Positions 21,336 to 33,625 of a stretch of DNA of 64,000 nt are shown here, piece by piece (position 1 is the first letter of the stretch; the number at the start of each line of letters is the position of its first letter). Below the pieces are notes generated by a model, which made no database searches, had not been told where the DNA came from, and saw only the letters and a program-made list of their open reading frames with translations. The stretch is from Epithemia pelagica (Eukaryota; Protista; Bacillariophyta), in the NCBI GenBank assembly GCA_946965045.2, contig OX337230.1:1984001-2048000 (forward strand). Direction: 5' to 3'. Both the position numbers and the translations under genes were made by a program.

Positions 21336-21733
21336 GGCGATATCCCCAAGAAGAAGAAGGGGTTTTGCGGTGAAGGTGAAAGATGCGGTCGCGTTTTCCG
21401 AAAAGATCGCGTCGCAAAAAAAGATCGCTTGAATCATGTCCGTCAGTCGTCCGTCCACACGTACTCCTTCGCGTCCACAGGGCCCTCCGAGTCTTCTCAT
21501 TCTCTCATTGATCTTTCTCTATTCTCTACATTTTCTTTACTGCAGATCGTTTGCTCAACTTCGCATTCGGTAGAACAGAACCACAAAAGAAAAAGCGACG
21601 ACCAGATATAATCAAACTGGGAGAGAAGGCGAGAAAAGGACAAGCGCGGGTCCTTTGGAATTGGAAAAGAACGAGCTACTCACTTTGTTGGTCGAAAACC
21701 TCCCGGTGGTACCGATACAAGTCACTGGATATC

Positions 21734-24470
21734 ATGCCGCTCCCTCGAATGAGATCTCGGTCAAGATCCAACAGTTTGCGTTCCAATCGAAGCAATTCCT
21801 TCTCATCGGCGGATGGCAGCCACAAATCGCAGGGAAGTGGTAAAAAGACACGAAGCAAGCATGTGGATGGCAAGTTACCTCCTCCTATTCTGGTCTACCA
21901 TGAAAATGCTCATTCGATTGTGTTTCGAGACCATCTTCGACGAGTCGCCAAGCGTCAAGGATCATCTAATCTGAGTCGAAGTGATAGCAAGCACGAAGAT
22001 CCACAACGACAAGTATCATCGGCATCGTCTCAACACAGTGACACTTCCAAGCCGAAAAAGAACGCTCCAGTTAGTAACACGGAAGATTCGCCACGCCGTG
22101 ACACCTTTATTGAAGTCGCGACGGAATTTACGCACATGGTTGGAATGGACAACGGCGAGACTGTCATGCCGTCGCAAGCGCAGATACCAAGCGATCAAAT
22201 TGCCAATTTTCAGCCCCAGATCCAGCCACTGCCACTTTTGGCACTCGGTCCAGACGACCAATTTGGTCCCCTCGCGCAACAGGTACCCGTCCTTGAAACG
22301 GAGGATTCAGATAGTGATATTCACAGTGACTGGTCTCCGGCGGAAAAAGAGGTGGTCGGACTCTTACAAACCGAAAAGGCTTGTGTTAAAACGGTGCGGA
22401 ATGGGGATTGGACGGCCTTTTTGACGCGATTTCAACAGACGCAATCGCAGCGTGGGAAGTGGTCGACTCATCATATGGACATTGCACCACACGATGGAGA
22501 TGACTTTCCCTTCAATAGTTTTGTCACCAGTACCAGTTTGTTGCCACCCAGTGGCAAAAAGATGCGATGTTTTGGTGCCATTAATCAATACACGGTAGGA
22601 GTCGTCTTTGCCTTGCCAAATGCTTTCCAGAATCCAAACGATAAGACAAGCGAGACTGAAGCTGAAGCGTGCGACCGTACGAAAACATGGTCGTGGCCTG
22701 CAGGATGTACGAGCACTTGATCAACGTGAAAAGGGAAAATGTCTACTAATTTCCTTACAATCTCACACCCTTGCTTTCTTGTCTGTGTCCACAGATTCTG
22801 CCAAGACAGAATTCAACATTGATAGTAGAGGGAATTTGACGAATGGCCGTCAGGAGGCCCTCACATCTCTGGCAGTAATGCGGAAATACAACCATGAATA
22901 TCTGCACGAAGAAGAATACACAGTTGCGGGACGAAAGATTTCGGGTCTTAGTCAGATTCCGTACAATGAGGTGTTTTTGCGTGTAGGTGGACGTGGTCGG
23001 ATTGCTTGTGGGGTCGATTGCGCGTCGGACAAAGATCGAAACGACGCGACAGGGACAGGACGATCGTTGGACCATGGTGTGGGCTTACCTGTGGCACTCT
23101 TTGTTCGATCGGCGTCCTTTGGACATTTGATTTCCCTGTTGCGTACGAGGGCTCGCTGTGCACATGTTTTGGGCGAAGCACATTTTAAGGATATTCCCCT
23201 TCTGCTCATTACATCTGAAGAGGGAACGCGAGTGTTGACAGAGTCGCTTCAAGTAGAATTATGGAAAGTTGCATCGCAAAACCTAAATCCCTTCCAAAAT
23301 CCTGCACTGGCTCGACGAACCACTATTGACAATATGGATGAACCATCGTTTCAACAAAAGGTAGATGAGCTACTGGACTTGGATGGGACCATTCGAGAAA
23401 AACTCACTCCGGATGAATTAGCTCGATTAGCTGGAGGCTTTGGTGCCACAGATGAGAGTGTTGCGGATATGCTAAAGCAAGTGATGTTAGATGATATCAA
23501 GGAAAATCGCCAACGTCGTCACAGCAGCCACGATGAAGGCAAGAGTGCCCCTGAGGAGGAAAGTCACCATTTACAAGATTTTGTGAACGAAGGATTAACT
23601 GCTGCTGTACGTTCTGGGGATTATTTGACGGCTCGGCAGTTGTTGATCCTATACTCCGTTGTAGCGACACGGAAGGAAGAGCTAAATGATGCGGACGACG
23701 AATCCCTGAGCGACTACAGTGCCTCGGAGTGTAAACAGAACGAGAGATCTTTGGAACGGCGCCGCGAGGTTTCGCTTGGGAAGGATGCGCAACTACTCGT
23801 CGAGGATTTGGAACTCGTGAAGAAGCATGGGAATACTGAAATTGCTACAGACATTCCTGCGCCTCCACCTCCACCGCCGCTGGATACAGATCGTCTTCGG
23901 GGAGCAACCAACTCCGATGGTCTATTGGCTGTTTTGGGTGCTGCTCAAATCCTCAAGGCGATGCAAGATGGCGGAGCGAAAAAACGAACAGAAGAGGTTG
24001 TGGATGCAGTCGATGATTGGTGTACCCATGGCGAAAATTCCATGGCTTTCCGCATCTCTTCGTGGTACGATCAACGTGCCGCTCAAGACGACTTAAAGAT
24101 CGCTACAGAGGTAGGTTTTGGCTTCTGGCACTGGTGATTCAACACGACCCATCATCATTCTCACCGTTGACATATCATGTTTTGCCGTGTAAAGAGTGAT
24201 TCTACCTTTATGGCATTTGTTACCAACAAAGCAATTGCCAACCGTCGAACGTTTGCAACGCAGCTACGTCAAGCCGTGTCGAGTACCAATTTTGCAGATG
24301 TGAGATTTTTACGAGCCATTGAAGAAACGGTCAACAACATGCATGCGCCTTGCTTGCGTCTTGAACTTTTGCAGTACGTGTTGGGATTGGATAATCGTTT
24401 CTCTGTGTCCCACGTTAGTCGAGCCGTACACTTGGCGGTCACATGTTTGGGAGTTTCCAGTGGGGTGTAG
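21734..24470 (+). CDS. Uncharacterised protein, 3 exons
   Basis: ORFs 21551..22720, 22608..24137 and 24177..24470 are joined in frame by GT-AG introns 22707-22794 (WPAG|YSAK) and 24111-24194. Confidence 0.7.
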
Positions 24471-24718
24471 GGTGTAGGAATCATGCAAATTCACGATGAT
24501 CACTTGGTTTAATTTCTGTATTATAGAACGTAGTGTTAGGTGTAAGGCCCTTGACTCTCTACTTCAATTCTTGAATTACAAGCCATGTGCCAGAACCAAG
24601 GTTTCGGCTCGGAGCATACGTGACAACGGCATTGGACCCACGATCTGAATTCGCTTGTCCTCAACACCATAGAACTTCTCCGTTGACCGCACGATTTTGT
24701 ACAATGGGTGAGCTGACC

Positions 24719-27700
24719 TCAAACCCAGCTATCTTGTAATTTGGAGAGAACTTCCGACGTCACATCAGACGTTGTTCCATTGTTAGAAACTGTGGTAGAG
24801 TTGCTTGGTGGAGATGTGTCGAAACACTCCAAAGTTGACAAATGTTCCGATTGTACGTTATCAACCATTTTCTTTGGAATCACCAACGGCTCCTCAGTTT
24901 CATCTGAGTTTTTAAGGCCAAATGGAGGAGGAGGCCCCAGATGTGTTACTGCAACGACTTCCTCGTTTGCGTGATTCCAACGACCGCTTCTACCCACGAA
25001 TTTCTGGCCGTGAGACTCTCCTGTTTTCCGCGCTGCAGTCACTCTGGTTTCGTACGTTTTTACGATGCTCGAACTAGGTACAGGAAATTCATTGGAGAGC
25101 CTCAGTTCCAGATCATTTTTCCCGATGACTCCAGCGGAAGTTGAGCTAGCCACAGTCGAGGTTTTGGGTTGCAGAACCGGGAATGTTGAAGTCCCCACTG
25201 GAAAGCCATCGGTAGACAGGGTTGACGAAAAGATTGGTTGTTCAGATTCCAGGAGGTTGTGGACGTAAATATCTCCATTATTGGTTGCTGTGACTATTCC
25301 TAGCACTGAAGCTGGCTGTGACTGTCCAGATGACAAGGGAGTAGAGTCGAACATATGAGGACTTGTTATGAACGAGTCGAGTCCACACGTGAACACTTTC
25401 TCCCCAACATCGGGAAGCGGGAAGCAGGAGCTCGACGCGATGCTTGTTTCTTTGTTACCTGGCCAGTTTGCAGATTCGAGGCTATCCGTGTGGAATTGTG
25501 GTCGCACCAAAGGCTTGCGGTAGAGATGCAAGCCAAAACTTCCAGGGGTGCAATTGACCCCCAAAAGAACTTCCTGTCTCTTGTGCGGTCCACTGGCTCC
25601 GAAGTTCAAAGCGTGAGGAGGTGATGGCGGCACTGACAAAAGAAAACCTGTTCCATGCACACTCGAATGTGGCTTCTTCGTACCGGGTCCATCACAGCTA
25701 TGAGGTAAAGACCACGTGTTCACCACTTGGCAAGGCATCCGAGAATCCAGTTCCCAGGTCTTTTGTGCAGAAATTGACGACACCAAAACTGAATGCTCGT
25801 GTGAAGAGTTCCAATTGGTCGCGACAGTGGAGAGGGAATGCACTCCTTCTACCAAGTGTTGATGAACACTGGGGCTCCATTGAAAGGTTGCCTGATTGTT
25901 GCTTGACCGGAGATCGATGCTATAGAGGGAATATCCGTGACCCAACATTGGTGTATCATGTTGTGAATCCAGCACCGGTGTGGGTCGAATGTACGACCTT
26001 GCTACACCCCAAAGCACCATGGGATGTTGTTTGCTAAAGTCAATCTGCCGAATGTCTTGAAGATTGTTTATATAATGGTCGGTCATACGAACACTGGTAC
26101 TTCCAACATTGGCATGCTTGATGACGTTGCAATGACCAGAATCATCATCTTTTCCAGAAGCCATGACAATAGCCAATTTCGAATCTGTAAATCCTCCTCC
26201 GTAACGGGGATGGGCGGCAACGAAACGCGGCGTGAGCCTTGCCGCATCACCCGTGATGGGGCTTGGGGAAGGTAAAAAACACTTGATCTTGTGCAAAACA
26301 TTCAAGGAGAAGAAACATCCACGGCATTGGCCATGCATTTGTGCGATCACAGACGGATCTTGCCCACATCTCTTCGAAGCAACCTGAATCACTGTGCAAT
26401 CCATGGCAGTTCGTGCAACATATGTGTCCGCCCCGCACCTGCAAAGCTGCCAAAGACGGTCTCCGATGTCAATCTCCGTCATCATGTTGTCAAATTGATA
26501 AAGCATTGGTATTTGTGGGGTGGGGTGTCGTTGAGTTTTCGGAAGCTGAATACGTGAGAGGCGGAGGCGATTCATGAATGGACCAACAGGATGAATCAAG
26601 AACCAGTTCCCCTGAGATTGAATTTCGCCTTCGGCAAGACCAGCCTCATGGCAAACGCTACAGAAACAGGGGAAACAGGCAATGCAATTTCCAACGCGAT
26701 GCGTCAAGGCATCTTCCACAGTCTGCGGAGGAATGGCCGAGTCGGGAAGAAGGGGAGTTGTTTTGATTGACTGTATACGTTGGCGCTTCCGCCTAGGAGG
26801 AGGAGAATGCTCATCATAATCGTCTATTGAGTTGTCAGCTACCACTTTGGCCGCCTCTTCTAGTGACGACCAAGCTGGTGCCGCCAAGTAGGCAGGATCG
26901 GCGCACATGAGTCTTTGTTTTATCGCCTGTTTTGCTCTTTCCTTTTGAGCTTCCGTTAAAGATTGACGATACGAGCTGTTTTTAGATGACGACTTCATTC
27001 TCCTTAGTTTGGGCGGCATGTACGTTAGTTCAAATTTTTGAACGGTGCGGGCAATCAGTTTGGCCAATCGAACCGACTCTTTGAAGGTTGTGGTAGATGC
27101 TACATTGTTCTTGTTGTCCAGCTCGGACAAGATGCGAACGCGAGCATTCTGTTGAATGTTAAACAATTGTTGTTTCTGGTAATCTTCGTTTAGGAGAATT
27201 GAGTTTTGTGCTCTTCGCCGATAAATTTTTCCATGAACAAGGGCAGCTTTGTACAGATGCGACTCCTGTCCCTCTTCTTCGTCCTTGCGATCCATAGGAT
27301 GAAGTGAGGACGATGGATGACCATCTGGAGGTTGCTTGGTAGCTTCCTCGCAAGCCAAGTCATACATCAGTTCCATGGCGTCGGCCTCGGCGGCACGCTG
27401 ATAACCACGTTTTGATCTACTTTTCTTGATGGCACGCCGCGCGTAGGGTTCAACCTCTTGAACGATTTGCTCTGCAGCTTCCAAGTCGCCTTCCAAAAAG
27501 TGTGATAGAATGCTTGCTAAACCATCCATGTCATCATCCTCGTAGGACTCAGGATCACGCAAGATCCAAACAGCGTGACTTAACATATCTTCTTCCTTCT
27601 CGTCTCCATCCTCTGCCTCCTCTTCTTCAAACAACTGCGGAGCATAATTACTGAGGACTTCATAAATCTTTTGTTCCAAGCGACGTTGGCTTTTGGTTTG

Positions 27701-28093
27701 ATGTTTAGCGGCCTCTTTTTCGAGCTCCTCCATGACCCCCGCCGCTTCATGTATATGTTGGTCAATAGGATAATACCATCGAGCTTGCATTCGAAGCCGA
27801 CGATAAAAGATTGCAGTTACCTCATCCCGATTATTCTTTTTGATACGAGGGACTACCACGTCTTGAGTTGTGTACGATTCGGGGTTGCGATACAAGAGCA
27901 CCGGAGCACCCCATTGCATGTGAAAGACGGCACCCACATTTTTGCTCTGATTGAATGTCTCATCATCAGGACCTGACTCTACCCTGCATGGATCGAAGTC
28001 GTATATGACATCGTCTTCTTCATCACTGTAATGGATTTCATTGGAATGCAAGTTGGAGGAGAAGGTAGCCGAGGCTGTTGCATCCGTTGCCAT
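24719..28093 (-). CDS. 1124-aa protein; C-terminal half is beta-propeller-like, possibly TAF1C/Rrn6-like
   Basis: Long uninterrupted ORF with beta-strand-rich repeats. LYSIDLRS and TWELDSRMPCQVVNTWSLPH resemble the TAF1C segment as I recall it. The family assignment is tentative. Confidence 0.5.
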   Translation of the reverse strand: MATDATASATFSSNLHSNEIHYSDEEDDVIYDFDPCRVESGPDDETFNQSKNVGAVFHMQWGAPVLLYRNPESYTTQDVVVPRIKKNNRDEVTAIFYRRLRMQARWYYPIDQHIHEAAGVMEELEKEAAKHQTKSQRRLEQKIYEVLSNYAPQLFEEEEAEDGDEKEEDMLSHAVWILRDPESYEDDDMDGLASILSHFLEGDLEAAEQIVQEVEPYARRAIKKSRSKRGYQRAAEADAMELMYDLACEEATKQPPDGHPSSSLHPMDRKDEEEGQESHLYKAALVHGKIYRRRAQNSILLNEDYQKQQLFNIQQNARVRILSELDNKNNVASTTTFKESVRLAKLIARTVQKFELTYMPPKLRRMKSSSKNSSYRQSLTEAQKERAKQAIKQRLMCADPAYLAAPAWSSLEEAAKVVADNSIDDYDEHSPPPRRKRQRIQSIKTTPLLPDSAIPPQTVEDALTHRVGNCIACFPCFCSVCHEAGLAEGEIQSQGNWFLIHPVGPFMNRLRLSRIQLPKTQRHPTPQIPMLYQFDNMMTEIDIGDRLWQLCRCGADTYVARTAMDCTVIQVASKRCGQDPSVIAQMHGQCRGCFFSLNVLHKIKCFLPSPSPITGDAARLTPRFVAAHPRYGGGFTDSKLAIVMASGKDDDSGHCNVIKHANVGSTSVRMTDHYINNLQDIRQIDFSKQHPMVLWGVARSYIRPTPVLDSQHDTPMLGHGYSLYSIDLRSSNNQATFQWSPSVHQHLVEGVHSLSTVATNWNSSHEHSVLVSSISAQKTWELDSRMPCQVVNTWSLPHSCDGPGTKKPHSSVHGTGFLLSVPPSPPHALNFGASGPHKRQEVLLGVNCTPGSFGLHLYRKPLVRPQFHTDSLESANWPGNKETSIASSSCFPLPDVGEKVFTCGLDSFITSPHMFDSTPLSSGQSQPASVLGIVTATNNGDIYVHNLLESEQPIFSSTLSTDGFPVGTSTFPVLQPKTSTVASSTSAGVIGKNDLELRLSNEFPVPSSSIVKTYETRVTAARKTGESHGQKFVGRSGRWNHANEEVVAVTHLGPPPPFGLKNSDETEEPLVIPKKMVDNVQSEHLSTLECFDTSPPSNSTTVSNNGTTSDVTSEVLSKLQDSWV

Positions 28094-28378
28094 GGTGAAA
28101 ACGAAGGGATCATTTTTTTATGTGGCCATCATTTTTTCGTCTTTGTTGCTTTTAGTCGCGTTCCAGACGCACTCAATCAGGGCGGCTGCCTGTCCGTGCT
28201 CCGTCATCGCGACTCGGCATGAGGTTACGCAGCGAGAAAAGCTGGATGACCATGGTGTAGAGATCTGACAACCCACGGCTCGTTTTTTACAAAAGAACGC
28301 AAAAGCTCCAGTAAATCCGTAGTGATCTCATCCTCGGTCTTAAGTGGATAAGAACTCAGACGAAGAAACCAAGGAGAA

Positions 28379-30582
28379 ATGAGCCAGTACAAACCTCATC
28401 CATCAGAGTCCAACCGCAATTGTTGGGCAACGGCACGTGAAAAAGCCAGACTCCAGGCTCGTTTTAATATTCGACAACGCGTGATTGGGGGGACCAATGT
28501 TTGTCCCAGCGACCATCAAGGAGAGGCAATGTCCACAGACTCACAGATTTTGCCAACATCAAACGATGTGTCGAAGCTTGTCACTGATGATAGAACAGGC
28601 GACCTAGAAGAAAACCCAAAGAACGACGAATGGCGATTGCAACAATCAATCATTGGTGAAGCACTGCGTCGGGTGGTAGACAACGACCGCTCCTTTTTCT
28701 CTCTTACTCGCCTGGAAGAAAACGAACTGCTTTACTCAAGGCCGTTTGAGACTAGACTATTGTTCAGTGAATACAACGCATCCAGTGTCCTTCTGGGACA
28801 AGACAAACTTTTGAGTTGGTTTGGACCAAAGGAGCTCGAACGAACGCGCCGCCTGCTTCTGGACCAGGTCTTTACCCTAACTCTCCTGGAGTTTGCTCTC
28901 CTCTTCCGACGGTATGGCATAGTGGGTGCTTTGTTATTGGGTGGTATCAACCCTTGTCACCGCGGAATGCTTTCGCTGAACACAATGGAAAACTGTATCT
29001 ACAAACCAGAACAGGACATCGAGTCCCAGCGACACGTCATTCAATTGGGAGAAATTGGCAAGCGAGTCCTGCAAAAATTCTTTCAACCCATCCCGCTTTC
29101 CTTACAAACTTACATTCTGAAACGTGTCTTTGATTTCCGTTTTAGAATCTGGACCATGACTACCAACTCTTCTCATCATATTGAGGGGGGCCAACCGTCA
29201 CCAGCCTTGCCCGTATCCCATTCTTGCTCTCTGTGTGGCCAAACTGTTCCCATATCAGTTTTTCTTTCCATGGACACTCCCTGCGAACATCTTGTTTGTG
29301 AGTTATGTTTTTGGGACCATCTTCTAAGAACAGTGGATGACAGGGAGGGCGATGTCGTTGTCTGCCCTCTCTGTGAACTCTCATCAACTCACACGGACAA
29401 CTATGCAGCAATCGCATCGGATTCTTCCTTGTGTATATCCATTTCTGCCGAATCTCGTTATGATGCGACTAGACAAAAGTATTTTGCATTGCCTCGCGAT
29501 AGTCGAGAATTGAAGCAACTTGTCAAGTCCCAGTCACGATCGTACTCCAAAAAGCGCCCGCTACAACTGGCGCATTCATGGTCCTTGGCAGTTTCACATT
29601 CTCTCGGAAACAGTCAAGACGTGCGACGTGACAAGTTCTTTGCGTATGTAGAGCGGTTCATCACGTTCGAGGATGTCTGGAAGCGGGAATGGATCTGGAA
29701 GCACGAAATGAATATGGCCAAACAGGAATGTACTTGGCTGCGTGGCGAGGCCATGCTTGTGTAGTTGGTACGCTCCTTCAGTACTACGATGACGCTGACG
29801 AAAGTCACTCGAACCGATCAAATGATGGAACAACTCCCATCTACGCAGCTCAAGTCAATGGACACTCGGAAATTGTAGATCGTTTGAAAAGCAGGGTGGG
29901 ATTGGTACAAGGAGACGGTGATCGTATAGGAATGTTGATAACGTCACCTACAACCGGTACCGAATCGTGCATGACAGAGCTGTCTCTCAAGGTTAGTACA
30001 CTTATCCCAACCTCGACCAATCATCCCGGAGCGGGCTCCTACACGATCGACCACGTACTCACGAACGCTGAACGAGAGAATCTGGTTGCTCTTTGGACTC
30101 GACTTCCAACCGAATCTTCAGCGTCCATGACCAAGAAAGGTGGATTGTGTTCAGTCCGCAGCTACTATTGCGATGTGGAGAAATTCATCACACGTATCCT
30201 ACTCAGAGCACTCTCACACCTTCCCTCTGGACATACTCGGGAAATTGGTCGAGCCACTTCCCTTGTGTTGCCGTACATGCGATTTTTGTCCTACGAAACT
30301 GTGGGAACTAGGCTGGCACCTCACGTCGACCTTTCTCGTGTCGATGTTGATTCCGGTGCTCGCAGCACCCATTCGTTCTTGCTCTATCTCGTGAATTGTC
30401 GCAAGGGGGGAGAAACCACTCTCCTAAATCAACTTTCGCAGGGATCAAAACAAGGAAACGTAGCTGCCAGAGTGAAACCGAAAGCAGGAAGACTTCTCCT
30501 TTTCCCGCATTCTTGTCCCCATGAAGGTGAAATGGTTGTGGATGTGCCCAAACTACTTATTCGGGGTGAAGTAGTTCTGTGA
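28379..30582 (+). pseudogene. RING-finger + ankyrin + 2OG-Fe(II) oxygenase multidomain gene, frameshifted near 29650
   Basis: ORF 28379..29764 has a RING-like CSLC...CEHLVCELCFW...CPLC. The next frame reads AVHHVRGCLEAGMDLEARNEYGQTGMYLAAWRGH (ankyrin), then YMRFLSY...PHVD...FLLYL...GGETT...HEG (2OG oxygenase). No usable intron is visible at the junction. Confidence 0.65.
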
Positions 30583-30679
30583 AATCATCATTTCGAGAAC
30601 AGGTTTACGAAGCCGAAGCATCTCGATATCATTGGAGGAAAAGAAACAAGTTGATACTTTGGAGAACATTTCTTTCTTA

Positions 30680-33625
30680 TCAATCTTCTATTCCAGCTTG
30701 TTCTGGGGAGGCACCGCCACACATATCACTGGGATCGATTGGACCCGGTCCCAGCCAGCTCAAAAGGTGATAGGACAACACAACCATAGCGAAACTTCCC
30801 ACGATGTCCTGCACGGCCGTTTCCAGCGGTCCTCCCCATTTGCCGGAATCTCGTTTGAAAATAAAGCTGAAGAGTAGAGGTGCAATGGTGCCCGTACAGC
30901 CTGCAGTAACAATACTTAAGCACTGTGCAATCAAAATGGTCAAGGCAAAGGCAATATCCATGCCACTGGCAACATAGGCGATGACTCCCAACAAGAAACC
31001 CATACCAAGTCCCAAATAACCTGCCGCACCAATCTCCATGAGGAACCAGGTAAAGAAGTCATGTTCCGTCACATGCGAATGAGAAATTGCTCGGGTGGTG
31101 AGAGTACTAGCTTGTAAGCCGACATTTCCTGAAATGGCACTGGTAAGAGGAATGAAGGAAAGCAGTAGTTGATACCGTCTTCGTCCCACAAGGTCGCATA
31201 AGGCATCAGCCCCACCCGAGATCATCAGTAACACTGGCATTTCAAGGACCAAGGTAATTGTCAGAGCAAAGATCCGTTCGGGAACGGCACGTGCGAAGGT
31301 GCTGCTTCGGAGATAAGCGCTTGATTCATTATGAATTTCTTCCTTTTCTTCGTCCTCTTTTGATCTTACATCGCTAAAGACCGAATTCAGCCGACTTCGT
31401 AACGACATTCTCAAGGAAGCCAGTGAAGAGTTCCGACGCTCGCCACTCTTTTCCCGTCTAGTTATAATCTCCGGAGGTACATCGCCGAGCAGAGGTGCTG
31501 ATTCATTGGGTCCTTCAGTCCTGGCACCAACCCCTCGGCCAATCTGCCCTTCTTCAAGGGCTCCGTATTCAGGAGCAACACCACTGGTACCATTGGGACC
31601 AGGTGGCATTTTCTTGGTCACAAGTAGGGGAGAAACATGCATTTCTGGGCTGTATAATGCATGGTCGTCTGGTAGATTCTGAAAAGAATCACTGTCTTGG
31701 AATCCCGGTGAACGATGATCATGTTTGTCGAAATCGAAACCGTCAACAACGACCCGATCTTCTGTGAGAGCCGACTGAGGTATCCTCTGTTCACCCGTTC
31801 CTGCTGCAGTACCGGAAGCGGTGGGAGTAGACAGGAGATTCACCATGCCTGGTCGAATCCGCCGGTTGACAATTTCTGGTTGCGTCGTTTCACTGGAACT
31901 GGTTTGAGGTTGTCGCAACTCATGCCGTAGATTACCGTCTATACGAAGGTCGCCCGCTCCGGTTCCGAGAGGAGGTTGCTTCATATCTTCCGTCACATGG
32001 ATTCCTGCCGGTGAGGCCAGCCCAATGCTCGGTAAATCGGCGATGGGCGAAAGTACATCTGCTTCACTTGGTGGTTGCGCAGCAACAGTGTCGTTGACGC
32101 TAGCTGCTCCGTCGCCATCGTCCACACTGTGACGATCTGACGAAACTGCTGATGGCAGCTTTTCACTCCCATGTCCTCCACTAATCAACGACGCGGAGTC
32201 CATGGCTGTGGTGGGTGTATCTTGAGAAATGTCTCCACGGGGGAGGTGAGTGGCGGGATGGGCGGCAAAGTCAGCAAGTTCTCCCACTTCGGACAAATTG
32301 TCTTCGCGTTCACTGGGAGGGTAGTTCGCGATTGATTCTACTTCAGTAGCAACCATTTCTTGCATATCCGCTTCCGTGAGCGTGAGGACTCGCGGCTCAT
32401 CCGGAACTGCCGATGAGGTTGTCATCCCATGCAGGGCAAGCGGTGTATCGTCGGAGGAGGCCACTGTTCCATCCAGTAGTTCCACTACACTGTTCTCGTC
32501 ATCCATATTCGCTTGAAGCGAGGTGTTTGCGTCAATAGATATGTCTCCTCTCGTATTGGAAGGTGCACTTTGCGATGTTTCTTGCTGAACGCTGACACTT
32601 GTAGTCTGTTGTACAGAGAGGTCCACATCGAATGATACAGTTCTCTGATGTTCGTCAAAAACCGTGGAAGATTGGCCTCCTCCCACACCTTGTTGTTCTC
32701 GTAATGTCCCTGATGCAGTCGGATTCACATCCATGTTGCCCGTGACAACCGGATCATTAAGAAATCGTTCCATCAACACACTGCTGCCTCCAGTACCGGC
32801 TTTGTTGTCGCCCATATTTTGCTCTTCGTCCGTCGGCTCCAGTTGTGGATTAAAGGAATCGCTGTTACGAAGGAATCGTTCCATGGTAACAGGGAGTCTA
32901 GCCTGTTGTTGAGCCGCATCCGGATCTTCATCGGGGTGTACCATGGTGCTCTCCTCCCCCAGCGTTGCCACACTCTCCGTGGCACCATACATTCCTCCAC
33001 CAGCGCCTTCGCCTGTATCCAAATGAATGCCGCCACTCTCGCCTTCATCGGCCATGCCTTGCTCATCTTCTGTGACAAGATTGTTGTTGCTCAATGCAAA
33101 CTGTCGCTTGAGTCGGGCTCGTTCTGTCTCAATGCGTCGTTCACGTTCGCGCAAAACTAGCTTCTCTTTCATGGTCAACTCTCTCTGACTCGGTCGAAGA
33201 ACAGCCACCGGACTAGCACTGACGCCTTCTCCTTCCGATCCTCCGACTTCTCCTTGATTTGTGAGCCCAACATTCCCATTCGAGCTTTCGTTTCCAAGAT
33301 CTCCGCTGCTATTACGGTTCTCAAGAACCGACTCCATCCGAAAAGATCCTTCTCCAGCAGCTGCATGAACCTCATCCGTTTCCACGGCCCGGCTCCAATC
33401 ATCCGTGTCATCATCATCGTGGGTTGTCACCGCTTCGCCATCTCGCAGCTGCTCTAGTGGTTGTTGCGGAGGGAGTGAAACGATAGGACGGTTGTTGTCG
33501 TTCAATTCTGATACACGAATGTTCTCTTCACCTTCAGATATTCTGTGTCCATTTCCATTGGATGATGATCCTCCTCCTTCTTCTTGTTGCTCATGGTCGC
33601 CGTCAACGGTGTCGTTCATGGTCAA
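30680..33625 (-). CDS. MgtE-type Mg2+ transporter membrane domain with very long acidic disordered N-terminus
   Basis: C-terminal FIPLTSAISGNVGLQASTLTTRA and GPLETAVQDIVG match MgtE transmembrane motifs. Confidence 0.85.
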   Translation of the reverse strand: MTMNDTVDGDHEQQEEGGGSSSNGNGHRISEGEENIRVSELNDNNRPIVSLPPQQPLEQLRDGEAVTTHDDDDTDDWSRAVETDEVHAAAGEGSFRMESVLENRNSSGDLGNESSNGNVGLTNQGEVGGSEGEGVSASPVAVLRPSQRELTMKEKLVLRERERRIETERARLKRQFALSNNNLVTEDEQGMADEGESGGIHLDTGEGAGGGMYGATESVATLGEESTMVHPDEDPDAAQQQARLPVTMERFLRNSDSFNPQLEPTDEEQNMGDNKAGTGGSSVLMERFLNDPVVTGNMDVNPTASGTLREQQGVGGGQSSTVFDEHQRTVSFDVDLSVQQTTSVSVQQETSQSAPSNTRGDISIDANTSLQANMDDENSVVELLDGTVASSDDTPLALHGMTTSSAVPDEPRVLTLTEADMQEMVATEVESIANYPPSEREDNLSEVGELADFAAHPATHLPRGDISQDTPTTAMDSASLISGGHGSEKLPSAVSSDRHSVDDGDGAASVNDTVAAQPPSEADVLSPIADLPSIGLASPAGIHVTEDMKQPPLGTGAGDLRIDGNLRHELRQPQTSSSETTQPEIVNRRIRPGMVNLLSTPTASGTAAGTGEQRIPQSALTEDRVVVDGFDFDKHDHRSPGFQDSDSFQNLPDDHALYSPEMHVSPLLVTKKMPPGPNGTSGVAPEYGALEEGQIGRGVGARTEGPNESAPLLGDVPPEIITRREKSGERRNSSLASLRMSLRSRLNSVFSDVRSKEDEEKEEIHNESSAYLRSSTFARAVPERIFALTITLVLEMPVLLMISGGADALCDLVGRRRYQLLLSFIPLTSAISGNVGLQASTLTTRAISHSHVTEHDFFTWFLMEIGAAGYLGLGMGFLLGVIAYVASGMDIAFALTILIAQCLSIVTAGCTGTIAPLLFSFIFKRDSGKWGGPLETAVQDIVGSFAMVVLSYHLLSWLGPGPIDPSDMCGGASPEQAGIED

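Noticed and set aside
21336-21500. Extended N-terminus of the DUF262-HNH ORF from the ORF track
   Set aside because: It lies in the divergent promoter region; the signal-peptide-like segment begins at the downstream ATGs 21335/21317.
29644-29651. GTATGTAG as an intron that would repair the frameshift
   Set aside because: Removing it does restore the frame, but 8 nt is far below any spliceosomal intron size.
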